A stretch of 64,000 nt of DNA from Blasia pusilla (Eukaryota). Positions within the stretch are counted from its first letter, which is position 1, and each line of letters opens with the position of its first letter. Below the pieces are notes generated by a model, which was not told the origin of the DNA, did not search any database, and saw nothing but the letters and a program-made list of their open reading frames with translations. The DNA lies in the NCBI GenBank assembly GCA_050084515.1, contig CM114271.1:8990001-9054000 (forward strand). The letters are read 5' to 3'. The translations under genes were made by a program, and so were the position numbers. Of the stretch, positions 36,339 through 48,484 are shown piece by piece.

Positions 36339-37566
36339 TGTGATACCCACAATTTTGTAATCTTGAAGAATATATCTTTTTATTCAACAAAGACTCTGGT
36401 ATATTATGATTATGATTATGATTATTTATTATTATGAAGAAGAATAAGTGAATCACGAAGCTCCTGGGACAAGGTAGAGAGATGGAAGATCAAGGATTTG
36501 CCTTAGAGGAGAGGAAAATGCAATAACAAAGTCCTAAGAAGCTTAACGAAGCTTAACGAAGCCTAACGAAGATGTATGAAGCTCTGTCTATGAAGTGCTT
36601 CGCTACATAACGAAGCATCACAAAGAAAAGAAGAACAAAGTACTTCGCTCTTTAACGAAGCGCGAAGCACGAAGTACGAAGCACATGAGATAAGAACGAA
36701 GCATGGAGTACTTCGTCCTCCTAAAGTCCAACGAAACGAAGCTAAGAAGGACTGTGATTTCAAGAGACACATGTTAAAACAGTTAGACTAGAAAAGGGCG
36801 CGACCCTTTGTATCAAATTGGTAGTTAGGACAGTTTTGTACCGCGGATTCACAGGGATCATAGGAAAAGCTAAGAGAACCATAGATCTAGGTAGTTAGAA
36901 ATAGTGAAGAGACACTAGCTTCATCAAGAACGTTTTGAATCTTTAAATCACTTCCACTCCAGCGAATATTTAAGAAGCAAGGCATAAGCCATAATCATCA
37001 TTCTCTTACAAAGTCCTTATGTTGTAGGAATGGTCCGAGCAAGAGAGTAGTACCCTCTCAAGCTTGTATACACTTTGAAGCTTTCTCGTTCTTGATGGAG
37101 TAGTAAAGCAATCATTCATTCATTCTGATGTGCGATGCTTATGTCTGAGTATTCTTTTTGGGTCTGCAGAATGAGGAGTGAATCAGGAGAACCTTTCTCA
37201 TCAATGAAATAATCAACATGAGTTGTAGGAAATCTTTTTGACAGAGAGTAACCTGCCGAGACGGATTGAGTTCCGAAAGTAGGAGAAGCCAGCTTTTATG
37301 TTGAGATCTCTGTGAGGTTTCTTGATGTCGAGAGGAAAATCTACCTGAACATGCTGTCAATTCTACTAGAGAGAATCGAGAAAAGATCCTTTGGTACTAA
37401 GAAAGATCAGAAGATATTGATAAGACATTGAATATAACTGACACACCTTTAAATACAACTATTACAACAAAATTGTAATTCCAAACTCTCTTTTCATCAA
37501 ACAATGATCCTCTTGGGGATCGAACTTATTAAAACGACTATAAACTAGAAACACTTGTACATTACA
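36339..37566 (+). mobile_element. Solo LTR, Athila-like family, 5-bp TSD GGGAC
   Basis: TSD at 36334-36338 and 37567-37571. TG...CA ends. Confidence 0.92.
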
Positions 37567-38345
37567 GGGACTCAGGGGACGAGGAGTCTACCAGACCAAC
37601 CAGACCTGAACCCATATCTCCCCCTTCCCGAAGATCCAGTCTGAGGCCTAGTAGCCGAATTTCCCCCATGGCCAATGCTAGGAAGACGCTGCTACGGTAT
37701 CCCACTTTTACGGGAGGACAAAGGGACGATGTTTATAATGTTGTGCTTGAGTTTTCCCATGTGGCTAAGGCCAATGGGGAGGGCTTGGAGGAAGATTTGT
37801 TATGGGTATTCTCGCGCCTTGTAAAGAAGCAAGCAAGCCAGTGGTACGAGGGCCTTAGAGGTGAAGTCACCAAAACATGGAAGAGGGTATTGGAGGCCTT
37901 CTTTCATGAGTTCTGGGACTTGGAGTTTAAGGATAGGCTTCTGACAAAGCTTCGTGATCTAAGACGTAAGAAGAAGGATTGTCATGACCATACGGATTAT
38001 GTCGTAGAGTATAGTGCTGGTAGAGGCCATTCCTTATGTAGGACCGTAGTGGCTTGGTAGAGATGCGGTTCCATACATAGGGTTGGGGGTTACTCACTTG
38101 GGGGTGACTTTCCCAGTAGGGCCTGCTCTTAGGTTGGAGGATATAAGGTGGCTTGCCCTCAAAGAACAGTCAGTTCTTTGAGTTGAGCCTGTTGCGTTGA
38201 GAGTTAGCCTTGGTAGTGAGTAGAGCTCTTGGCTATGGTGTTTCCCGCAAGCTTCGACCTAGATTCTCCCATTGTGGAGTGGGTTTGGCTCGATTGTATT
38301 TGATTGTAAACGTGTTTTATGACAGTAGGTCTTTCACGGATTTCA

Positions 38346-38356
38346 CTCAAAGAACT
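38346..38356 (+). promoter_or_regulatory. Self-priming (Tf1-type) primer-binding site
   Basis: CTCAAAGAACT is the exact reverse complement of AGTTCTTTGAG (38172-38182), which lies 30 bp after TATAA at 38142. Confidence 0.75.
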
Positions 38357-40029
38357 CGATGAGATCGATGGTAGCCGATTGTAGATCAGTAGGATCTGAT
38401 TAGGGCTGATTGTGTACTCAGCCGTGGATGTTCGTGGCTTGTGGCCTATGTTGGAGGTGTGAATCTGGTGCGCAGTTGGTTTGGAAAGAAGCGCCTTGAT
38501 GAGAGCTTTCCAACGCGCTGTAGATCGCCAGATTTCCTCAAGGGAGTTGGAAGTTATCAAGCATTGAAGATTCTGGTCGTGTTCTACGGTTTTCTGATGT
38601 GGAGAGCTTGGAGTGCGGAAGCTGTGTTGAAGTTCATCCAGATCGGGTGAGAGGTTCCTATTGCTACTCGTATTGTGATCTCCTGTGAATCTATCTGCTC
38701 GAGTGTGTGGAGCGTTGCGGATTTCTACATGCATGAAACTTGGTGGAAGCGCTGTCGGATTTGCGATTCTGGAGGTGTATGGACAGCAAGTTTGTTTGAT
38801 TTTAGCTCGAGTCTGAGCTCGGTTGTAGCTGATTTTTGTGGAGAGATAGCTATGGTGGTCAATTGAATTCTGATTGAAATAGATTTGATTTGGTCGTCAC
38901 AGATTTGTGAAGTAATTTCTGATCGAAATTTTGCGGACTAGCTCAAGGTCCGGCTATGGTGACAAATGGATCGGAGGGGTGGTTGGTTGGTGACTCGTTC
39001 ATTTTTGAGACGCCTATCCCGTTGGGGCCGCCCTGGTTGGACCTCTCTCCATAGCGAAGCATGGCGAAGCGTGGCGAACGGGGCGATAGGGGCATGTCTC
39101 GGCGTTTTGAGGCTTCGAGGCAACTCGTGGTAGCTCGGGGCGAGTGGGCGTGAGAGGCGGAGTAAGGAGCAAGGAGCAAGCAAGCAAGCTTGCTTGCTTG
39201 GGCGTGAGGCAATTTTGCAGGATTTGGGATTTGAGTTTTGCATAAGCTGGTCATCCATCTTTGGGCTATTCTGCCTGGAGGACGCTTAACTACCGAGTTC
39301 TTAACTATGCCAGTGTACAGACTGTTGTAGCTCATTTGGTGCTGTTCGGAGATGTGTTAGGCGCTTTATGCATCTCAGGTTTTTGGTTGATGTACCTCTA
39401 GCGCATAGTACGGTGTAGCCTCTCCATGCAGTGATATTTTCAGGTCTTTCTTGGCGTTCGACTAGCACGTCATCGACCCTTGGCGGAGTAGCTATTTGCG
39501 TTAGAATTGTGTGGTGGGTTTTGTGGATTGAGAGCACCACGTTTGGTGGATTGTGTTACCTTGATTTCCATTTGCGATTGGAGGGTTGTCGTTGGATTTC
39601 TGTGTTTGGATCCCCTCCATTGTGCTTTTGCTTGCGCGCCCATTGTTGGGGTTGACGTTGATTTCGAGTAGTGTTACTACTTGTGTGTGCTACCGGGTAG
39701 TGAGGTGGAGGGATGACGAGTAGATTGTGGGAGACTTCTTGTGGTGATGACAAGTTAGGTTGCCTACACCCATAGCTAGTAGATCTAGAATAGTATAGCG
39801 ACATCGGCGTCACTTGGTAATTTGGTGGTGGTGCGGCATCGGCGTTGGTCATCACGAGTGTTGGGTGGTCTGGTTGGGGACCGTGGTGCGGGTGGTGGTG
39901 GTTTCACACGGAGTGGATTTAGGTATCGGCTACCTTTTCCACTTCCGACGGTTGATGAAGAGGAGGACGAGGGTGTTCCAAACACCGAGTCTTCTACGTT
40001 GTTATCGAGTGTTGCGGCTCCATTGATTT

Positions 40030-41400
40030 GGGACATGGACGGTGGATATGGGGCCATGAAGGGCCCACGACGATACTCGGGTGCAAAGTGGGTACCATTG
40101 AGTTGGAGGACTTCATGCAGGAGTTTGATACGTGGTGTGATATGCAGATGTTATGAACGCCACGTTGTTTACACCCTTCTTGGCTTGGAAGGGGTTGTTT
40201 CAAAGACTTGGAAGGACCACCCATGGATGATTACCATGAGTTTAGGAAGGACCATGTTTCTTTGAGATTGAGGCATGGAGACAATATTGGTCTCCATGCT
40301 ATGTGTCTATCACCCATGGTGGTATTGGTAGTAGTGCTCCTACTATGCCGGCCCCCCGACCCTGAGTGGTGCAGTGAGCCGGAGTGGGGGTACCGGTGGA
40401 GGTACTAGTGGGGGTACTAGTGGAGGTACTAGTGCCCCACCATCGTTTAGCTTGGTTGCAGAGTTCTTCAAGAGGTTGAAGAAGAACTATCAAGGAGTGA
40501 AGACGGAGAAGTTGAGGAATCTTCAGGACTTTGAGCGAAAAGACGGTGAGAGTCTTCGTGAGGCATACACGCGTATCGGACGCTTGATTTCGATTACCAG
40601 GGTGTGACCGAGGATCGGAGTCGATTTTGGTATGGGATCTTGGACAGAGATTTGCGCCGTAGGGTGCGTGATGCTACTCTTATGAGTGATGATTCACCCA
40701 CATTGACCCATGTGTTTGCTCTATCTGAGAAGATTGAGCTTAACATGGTGAAGGAGAGAGTGGTGACATCCGCATTCAGAGAGGGATACAACTACTACTT
40801 CTTGTGTTCAGCCGCCCACCTCACGATCTCTCGTAGTAGTGGTGGTGGTAGTAGTAGTGGGAGTCATGGGGGATACACGCGACCTCAGTCAAGTCCTAGA
40901 GGGACATTTGTGCAGAGACCATTGCCTTCATTTGCTGCCCAAAGAAGGGCGATCATGTTGGACATGTGGAGGTGATCATGTTAGGAAGTTTTGTCCCCAA
41001 GAGGATGGGAGACGGACTTTGGAGGATGGGCCTCGATCGGCCCCAACTCGGTGTGATCATTGCGGGAGACTAGGTCATCCTCGAGAGCGTTGCTTTGATC
41101 TTCATCCGAGTTGAGATCGGGCCGTGGCCGTGGTGGAGTAGCTCAGAGGCCGAGGTGGTAGAGGTGGTAGAGGTGGACCGGTGGTTGGAGAGCCTACGGT
41201 GGCTACCCCTACCACTATGGTCGCCGAGATTGAGCGATTGGAGCGAGTTGGCTACTATGGTGGTATCCAAAGATAGATCGGGTTCGGGAGCGAGGGCTTC
41301 CACCTCTTATGGAGGGGATGATCTCTCTTATATGGCGAGTGCAAAGACAAAGGTTGAGGCATCATTTGCGATTATGAGAGGAGCCACTCGGCGTCGAGCC
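40030..41400 (+). pseudogene. gag: gag with two zinc knuckles (frameshifted)
   Basis: FERKDGESLREAYTR. CWTCGGDHVRKFC and CDHCGRLGHPRERC. Limits are approximate. Confidence 0.8.
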
Positions 41401-42632
41401 ACGTGGTGCTCTTGTGGAGTTGGACCCACAGAGAGGGGTGAGGTGAAGGCGTGCTAGGCTTCCCGATCATTCTTGTTGTGCGAGGTGCTTAGGACTCCAT
41501 CCATGGTTCCCACGCGGCCTATTGAGCCGCAGTGGGGAATGAGGCATCTACATCGCGTGTAGTAGACACGGATGCAAACATCCAATGCAAGATTGCGGAT
41601 GGCAACTTCGGTGTTGGGATCCCCATTGTTTTCGCCACGGAGCGATGGCTTTAGGAGTTGACTTAGCTCTGTATTTCAGATTAGCGAGCCACGCGTTGTG
41701 TGAACGTGGGGTGTTTCGCTACACGTGTTGAGGTGGATGAGGGTGTTGCGGTGGAGTGACCCTCTATGTCGGGAGTAGCATTGAGTACCGGTGCTACTTG
41801 GCAAAGAAAGCGGCGAAGATGGATGCATTACCGCCCGGCCAGCCATTGATCGTGAGAGGCTTACACTGGTGTATGTATGTTGGACACCGGAGTGGGATCT
41901 TCCGATTGGTGAGTCCTACAGACAGTGTATAGACAGATAGAGTCTTGTTAGACTATGGTGCCCAACCTTTGATGTTGGGAAAGGCGACATGTATTGGTTT
42001 GGGTATTCGGAGGTCGAGCTTGAGCCTTGCCCATTCCAGATTCAAACATCACTTGGAGGAGCCAATGATAGGTCTCAATTCATGACACGGGAGAAGTTTT
42101 TGACAGTTGAGACCAGATCATGCGATTGATAGCTCCCGGTTGGGAGTATCGCATGTAGTCACATCAGCCGAAGTCGTATGATGTACTAGTTGGAGGAGCG
42201 ATATTGTACCCGATGGGTTTTCAGATGGATTACGGATCGAGACAACGTCTTATAGACGAGGTTGGCAGTCCGGGGATGGACGTATGAGCCAAGTTCTGTG
42301 AGATTTATTTCTAGGGCTCGACCGAGGAGGGTCTTCCCCAACAAAGTGTTAGCATCTGTGGGTGGTTTTAGTGGAGTAGTCACTTGGCCAGGAGACTTTT
42401 TGGAGGGTAATGTTTCGCTATGGATTCTCTGCGCATGAGGAGGAAGAGGAGGTCCCTATTTTTGCAGCAAAGTGGCATCCTCATCGTTGGATGTGCCACT
42501 TTGGAGTTCAGCGGTGCACTACGGCAGAGGCGATCGCCTAGTGCAGAGGAGGCTTGGTGTGAGGTGTTATACCTCACGAGGAAGAGGAGGCCCACGGCGG
42601 ACTCCTACTTCTGGCCCGATTAGGTTATCCCT

Positions 42633-43600
42633 TTGGATACTACACCCATTGTATGGCAGTATCCGCCGGAGGGCATTTGTGTGTTAGATCTCTTTGGTGG
42701 GATTAGCACTGGTTTGGCTGCAGTGTTGCAGGCCGGTATTCCTATGCGGAGATACGTGTATGTGGAGCGAGATGAGACGGACCAGAGAGTCTCATCCCGA
42801 CATATTGGTCAGTTGATGCGGAGATATCCTGAGTTGTTTCCGCCATCAGCTATTCAGTGGGTACCGGCGTGTTTTTTACCATCACACATTGCATTGTTGG
42901 GGCGCCACGACCTTGAGAGAATTGGTCTGTGGATTTGGTGATTGCTGGATGGCCATGTCAGGGTCATACACGTGCTGGTCGTGGTGAGGGATTACATGAC
43001 CCTAGGTCTCGATTGTTTTGGGAGATGTTACGGGTGTTACGACATCTTCAGGTTCATCAGGCACGTGCTCTAGCTTACATTCTGGAGAATGTTCCATTGT
43101 TGGGTTACACTCGGACCCGGATGATGGCGAGTGTTCATGAGGTGCGCTCTTGGATTGGACCAGCGGTGTTGTTGGATGCGATGCGAGTTGGCTCGCGTGC
43201 ACATCGCCCACGCTTGTGGTGGACAAACTTGTTGCCTAGGAGGTTCTCGTCGAGCATATGATGCAAAGGCGGGATCCTCGCTTACAAAGTGGATAGTATC
43301 TTGGATACTGGGCGACTTTCCCAAGTGGTGAGGGTTATTGATCGGTCACCCATGGCAGTGGTGAACGGTGTGGGCCAACCTAGGATGGCACTACCCACAT
43401 TTGTGAGTTTTCCGCGTCACATGCCTACGAGGAAGGTGGTCGGGGCTTGTATGGGATTCTCATGTGCGGCGATTGGTGGAGCCTAACGATGATGAGAGAG
43501 AGGGTGCGATGGGATTTACTATGGGCGTGGCGGTTGCTTCTATTTCGAGGCTTCACGACGTCATGTGTTGGGTCAGGCCATGGACCTGAATTGTTTGACT
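42633..43600 (+). pseudogene. C5 cytosine DNA methyltransferase domain inside pol, between protease and RT
   Basis: VLDLFGGIS (I), YVERD (II), DLVIAGWPCQG (IV), ILENV (VI), AHRPRLWWTN (VIII), GQAMDLNCL (X). Frameshifts. Protease-like VLLDYGAQP at about 41940. Confidence 0.92.
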
Positions 43601-43899
43601 TGGATTTTGAGTCTTGGTATGGGCAGCGTCGACTTCGGACTATGTCGTGGGTCTTCCACCCCTTGTAATGAGCTCGATGGCTACCAGGGGACAAAGAGAG
43701 GCATCGGTTGGGGGCAAGGAGAGTAGTATTTTGCATCCTTGGAGTAAATGGGATGTAATGGTTGGGCATGTGGAGTTGGTTGCTCATCTTTGGTGGAGGA
43801 GTTATTTGCTCGGATGATGGTGTAGCTAAGGGTGTATCATCTTGTGAGGGGTTGCGTGAGCGACCAATGGCATCGTCCTCTCCCTCTAGTATGCCAGTG

Positions 43900-45340
43900 G
43901 AGGAGACTTGGAAGCCATTACTTGGGCCCAAGCTTACGGGAGGTGAGAAACGACGCTTGACCCAGTTTCTACGTGCTTATAGGAGTTGTTTTGCCTTTAG
44001 CATGAAGGAGTTGGGTTCTCTGGTTGGACCCGGTATACGGATTGATTTGGCTAGTGATACGCCAATCTTCCGTCGTCCCTACCGATATAGTGATATGGAG
44101 AGGGACCTGATTGAGTAGGGCGTTGGACCTTTTGGAGGTGGATTAGTGGAGTTGTCGCATGGAGAGTATGCATCGCCCTTTGTCATGCTGCTAAAAGGAT
44201 ATGCATGGCAACCACACGGATAGGCGGATGTGTGGAGATTACCGTCCTATCAATCGGCAAACCAAGGCCGATAGGTATGCCATGCCTACACTGAGAGATC
44301 TTTGATGTGGTGGGACAGCAAAGATTTTTAGTACTTTGGATCTTCGGCAGGATACCATCAATTGCCGATTTGGGAGAGTGACAAGGCCAAGACAAACATT
44401 TTGGGGTGTCAACTCTCATGGCAAGGATTGTTTGTACGGTGGAAATTCTTACCCTTTGGGTTGAAGAATGCACTGCCGAGTTTCAAAGAGTGATGGGCAG
44501 GATCCTAGCAGGGGTTGGATTTTGTTCGGTGTTACATTGATGATATCTTGGTGTTCAGTAACACGGTGGAGGAGCATCAGATACATTTGCAGATGGTGTT
44601 TGAGCGGTTGAAAGCTCATGGTCTACGTTTGCATCCAAGAAAGTGTAAGTTCTTCCATGAGGATGTTGAGTACTTGGGTCATGTGATCTATCCAGGTGGT
44701 TTGGGAGTTCAGCAAGCAAAGGTGGAGGCTATTGCACTTATTCCACGTCCGATAGATGTGAGTAGAGTTCAAGCATTCATGGGATTGGCGAACTACTATC
44801 GGAGGTATGTGAAGGGATTTAGTGCTCTGGCAAATCCTTTGAACCAATTGCTGAAATCAGATCAAGAGTGGCACTGGGGAGATGATCAGGAGGGAGCTTT
44901 TGTGGAGCTTAAGGCCCATTGGTGGCGGCGCCTATCTTGAGGAGACCTATCGAGGGCGCCCATTTCGATTACACCGATTGGAGTAGGTTGGGACTTGGAG
45001 CGGTGTTGACACAACATGATGATGAGCACATGGAGTTTGTGGTGGCCTATGCAAGTCGTTCGAATAATGCAATGAGTCACTGTAGTTCATATGAGGGAGA
45101 GTGCTTGGCAAGTAGTGTGGTGTGGCACACTTTAGGTGTTACTTGTTTGGCACAGATTTACCCTTGTTCGATCACCGGCCGCTCAAGTGGTTGATGGAGT
45201 CGGACAAGCTTACAGGGGAAGCTTGCACGGTGGGCTCTTATCTTACAGAGTATGACTTCCGGGTGGTACATAGACCTGGAGTTGCCAACCTTGATCTTGA
45301 TGGGTTGAGTAGGAACCCATGTACTAGCCAAGAGGATACA
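43900..45340 (+). pseudogene. pol: Reverse transcriptase and RNase H
   Basis: RMCGDYR, LPFGLKNA, YIDDILVFS, YLGH, TDWS..GLGAVL, DH.PLKWL. Confidence 0.92.
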
Positions 45341-45536
45341 AGCGGGGCTAGATGGCATGGCGAGGTTGATGAGGAGATGCCGCCAGGTTGGCATGCATCC
45401 GCCTTTTATGTTGGTTAGGTGGACTCTAGTATGGAGGACCACATGATATCTTACTCTAGTCGAGGGTAGATGGCCACCTTGAGATCCTAAGGTTGGAGAT
45501 GGTGGTACGGATCAGCGTGATATTCATGATGATGCG

Positions 45537-46963
45537 TTGGTGTTGGAGTTCCTACGGACCAGTAGGGTGCCAGGCATAGTGAGTGCCAAGGAGCGAGACC
45601 GTGTTCTTCAACGTGCTAAGAGGTATCGATTGGAGGGAACACATATTCTCCGCATGTGGGAGGATGGTAGAGTACGAGTAGTGCCACATTTGGCTCAGAG
45701 AGAGCGCATTGTGCGACATGCCCATGAGGAGTTGGGACATTTTGGGGTAAAGCGTACGTATAGCTTACTCCTTGGCCAGTATTGGTGGCGTGGCATGCAT
45801 ACTCAGTGCAGTGATTGGTGTCACGTTGTATGGTTTGTGACCGGGTGAGGGCATCATTTAATGCCCCTACACCACAATTACACCCCTTGCCTATTATGGG
45901 GTTGGGTTACCGTTGGAGTGTGGACTTTGCGGGACCGTTACCATTGACTGTACGATATCATCGATATGTGTTGGTGATGGTGGAGCACTTCTCCAAGTGG
46001 ATTGAGTTGGTGGCATTATCGGACAAGGCAAGTGAGGGAACGGCGTATGCGTTTCTGGATAGAGTGCTTAGTCATTTTGGTGCACCACCGGTGAAGTCTT
46101 GACCGACCGCAGGCAGTGAGTTTTAGGGTGAGTTTCAGGTCTTGTGTGACAAGGCGTTGATTGATCATCGGACCACGTCTCGAGATCATCCAAAGGCGGA
46201 TGGTTTGGCTGAGCGTGTGGTTCAGACGGTGAAGAGGGCATTGCGCAAGTATGGCCTACAGAAGGGGCATCTTGGAGACTGGGATATCCAGTTGCCATGG
46301 TTAGCCATGGGATATAGGTTCAGTCGCCAAGCATACTTGGCTTCCTTCTCACCTTATTTTCTGTTATACGGCCGAGATCTAGACTTGCCAGCAGCAATTC
46401 GTCGGGAGTCTAGTGAGGTGGTGGACCTTGATGACCCAGAGATGTGGATGAGGGTGTGTTCTCAACGAGCGGAGCTCTTTCGGAGAGTTATGCCAACAGC
46501 CTTTGAGAATCTTGCCATTGCTCAACACAGGGATACGTTGCGGTATGCAACCATTCGGGGTGGAGGTTATCGACCATCGATTCGTAGGTTCCATGTGGGG
46601 GACTATGTCTATTTGCAGCAGATTGCCCCGACAACGTTGGATGTGACGGCAGGCCGCACTATTTTACGAGTGCGTGAGGTGTTAGCTTCTGGAGTTCTCA
46701 TGTTGGAGGGTCGTGATGGAGTTGTTTGGAAGGACCATGTGCGTAATTGTGCGCCATGTCATCTTCCAAATGTGGATGGTACTGTTGACCCAAGCTTAGC
46801 CATGATACGTGCTAGCTTGAGGTGCATGTTGTGTGGGTCTGCTGGTAACGCAGCCCGTATGTTGGTGTGTGATCGGTGTTCTAGGGGTTGGCACATGATG
46901 TGTTTGACTCCACGTTTGGATGTTGTTCCTACTGGAAGGTGGGTTTGTCCTCGATGTACTTAG
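45537..46963 (+). pseudogene. pol: DDE integrase with C-terminal PHD finger
   Basis: HEELGH...CMVC, WSVDFAGPLP, DGLAER. PHD CMLC...CDRC...HMMC...WVCPRC (C4HC3) at about 46823-46960. Confidence 0.92.
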
Positions 46964-48024
46964 GAGAGGTAGATGACTTGATCTTTGCATGATATGGATT
47001 ACAGATGTGCGACTAACGATGGAGCAACCTAGCACCCGGCCTTCTGATTCGGGCACCCAAGAAGGTGTATAGCATGTAGTAGATGTATAGGGCTACCGGG
47101 AGTTAGAGGACCTAACCGATTAGATTAGGGGGCGAGTTGTGGTACACTTGCGTTTGTGGATACTCTCGTCTATGTTATGTATGTATGTGAGTATGGTATG
47201 TCAGTGATGTATGTTGTATGACGATGGGGATTCGCACGACAGCTGTCATGACCATACGGATTATGTCGTAGAGTATAGTGCTGGTAGAGGCCATTCCTTA
47301 TGTAGGACCGTAGTGGCTTGGTAGAGATGCGGTTCCATACATAGGGTTGGGGTTACTCACTTGGGGTGACTTTCCCAGAGGGCCCGCTCTTAGGTTGGAG
47401 GATATAAGGTGGCTTGCCCTCAAAGAGCGATCATTCTTTGAGTTGAGCACTATGCGTTGGGAGTTAGCCTTGGTAGTGAGTAGAGCTCTTGGCTATGGTG
47501 TTTCCCGCAAGCTTCGACCTAGATTCTCCCATCGTGGAGTGGATTTGGCTCGATTGTATGTGATTGTAAACGTGTTTTATGATAGTAGGTCTTTCACGGA
47601 TTTCAGTTGTGGTACACTTGCGTTTGTGGATACTCTCGTCTATGTTATGTATGTATGTGAGTATGGTATGTCAGCGATGTATGTTGTATGACGATGGGGA
47701 TTCGCACGACAGGATACTATTAGGGAATACATCCAAAGATTTTGAAGCCTACTTAATAAACTAGAACACATCACCACTTCTCAGTTGGTAGATTGGTTTG
47801 TGTCTGGACTATCCAAGGAAATGGACCAATATTGCCGCCGGGGCCAACGACAATCGCTGGAAGCGGTCATTGCATCCGCGGAAGCATACGAAGCCTCCAA
47901 GAAATCTCACAAGACGCGAGGACAACGTCTCCAACGGCGAGGCGCTTTGCATACTATATCTTTGTCTGAAGACGAAGCATCCTCTACGGACACCGAAGCT
48001 TCTACTAACGATACCTCTCAAAAA

Positions 48025-48484
48025 TTTCTTCATTCTGATGTGCAATGCATATGTCAGAGAATTCTTATTGGGTCTGCAGAGTGAGGAGTGGATTGGGAGA
48101 GCAACTTTCACCAATAGAATAATCAACTTTGAGATGTGAGAAATCTATTTGACAGAGAGTAGCCTGCCAAGATGAATTGAATTCCGAAAGTAGGAGAAGC
48201 CTTCTTCTTGTTGAGATCTCTGTGAGGTTCTTTGGTGTTGAGTGAAGATCTTCCTGAGCGTGAATTCAATTCCACTAGAGAGAATGGAGGAAAGAAATCT
48301 TAGTACTTATGGAGAGAAGAATATAATGATAAATGATTGAATCCGAATTGTATACACTTAACTACATCTGTTGCAAGATAAACACCAATTTAAACTCTCT
48401 TTTCAGATAATCGTGATCCTCTTGGGGATTGAACTCATTAAATTACCCTAAAAGAATCAATTCTTATAATTCTTGTACATTACA
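48025..48484 (+). repeat. 3' part of an Athila-like LTR
   Basis: Near-identical to 33950-34409. Ends TACATTACA. Confidence 0.85.

Larger units (their letters stand above)
37980..47711 (+). mobile_element. Ty3/Gypsy element, gag-PR-DNMT-RT-RH-INT-PHD, split repeats A1...B1-A2-B2, 4-bp TSD GGAT
   Basis: TSD at 37976-37979 and 47712-47715. A1 37980-38345, B1 47138-47241, A2 47244-47605, B2 47608-47711. Ends are TGTCATG...CACGACA. Confidence 0.92.
37668..48020 (+). pseudogene. gag: Ty3 gag split by the DNMT-Gypsy insertion (37668-37979 + 47716-48020)
   Basis: PTFTG...ASQWY...W..VLEAFF..F...RKKKD|TIREYIQRF...WFVSGL, a retrotransposon capsid pattern continuous across the insertion. Confidence 0.8.

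Noticed and set aside
38360-40000. Extra gene in the long 5' leader of the DNMT-Gypsy
   Set aside because: Only short ORFs with no recognisable motifs. A gene cannot be supported from one indel-rich copy.
42633-43600. Host DNMT3/DRM/CMT gene
   Set aside because: Intronless, embedded in pol, and repeated in a second retroelement fragment.
37980-47711. DIRS/Ngaro tyrosine-recombinase retrotransposon
   Set aside because: It encodes a protease-like motif and a DDE integrase, has TG..CA ends and a TSD, and no tyrosine recombinase is seen.
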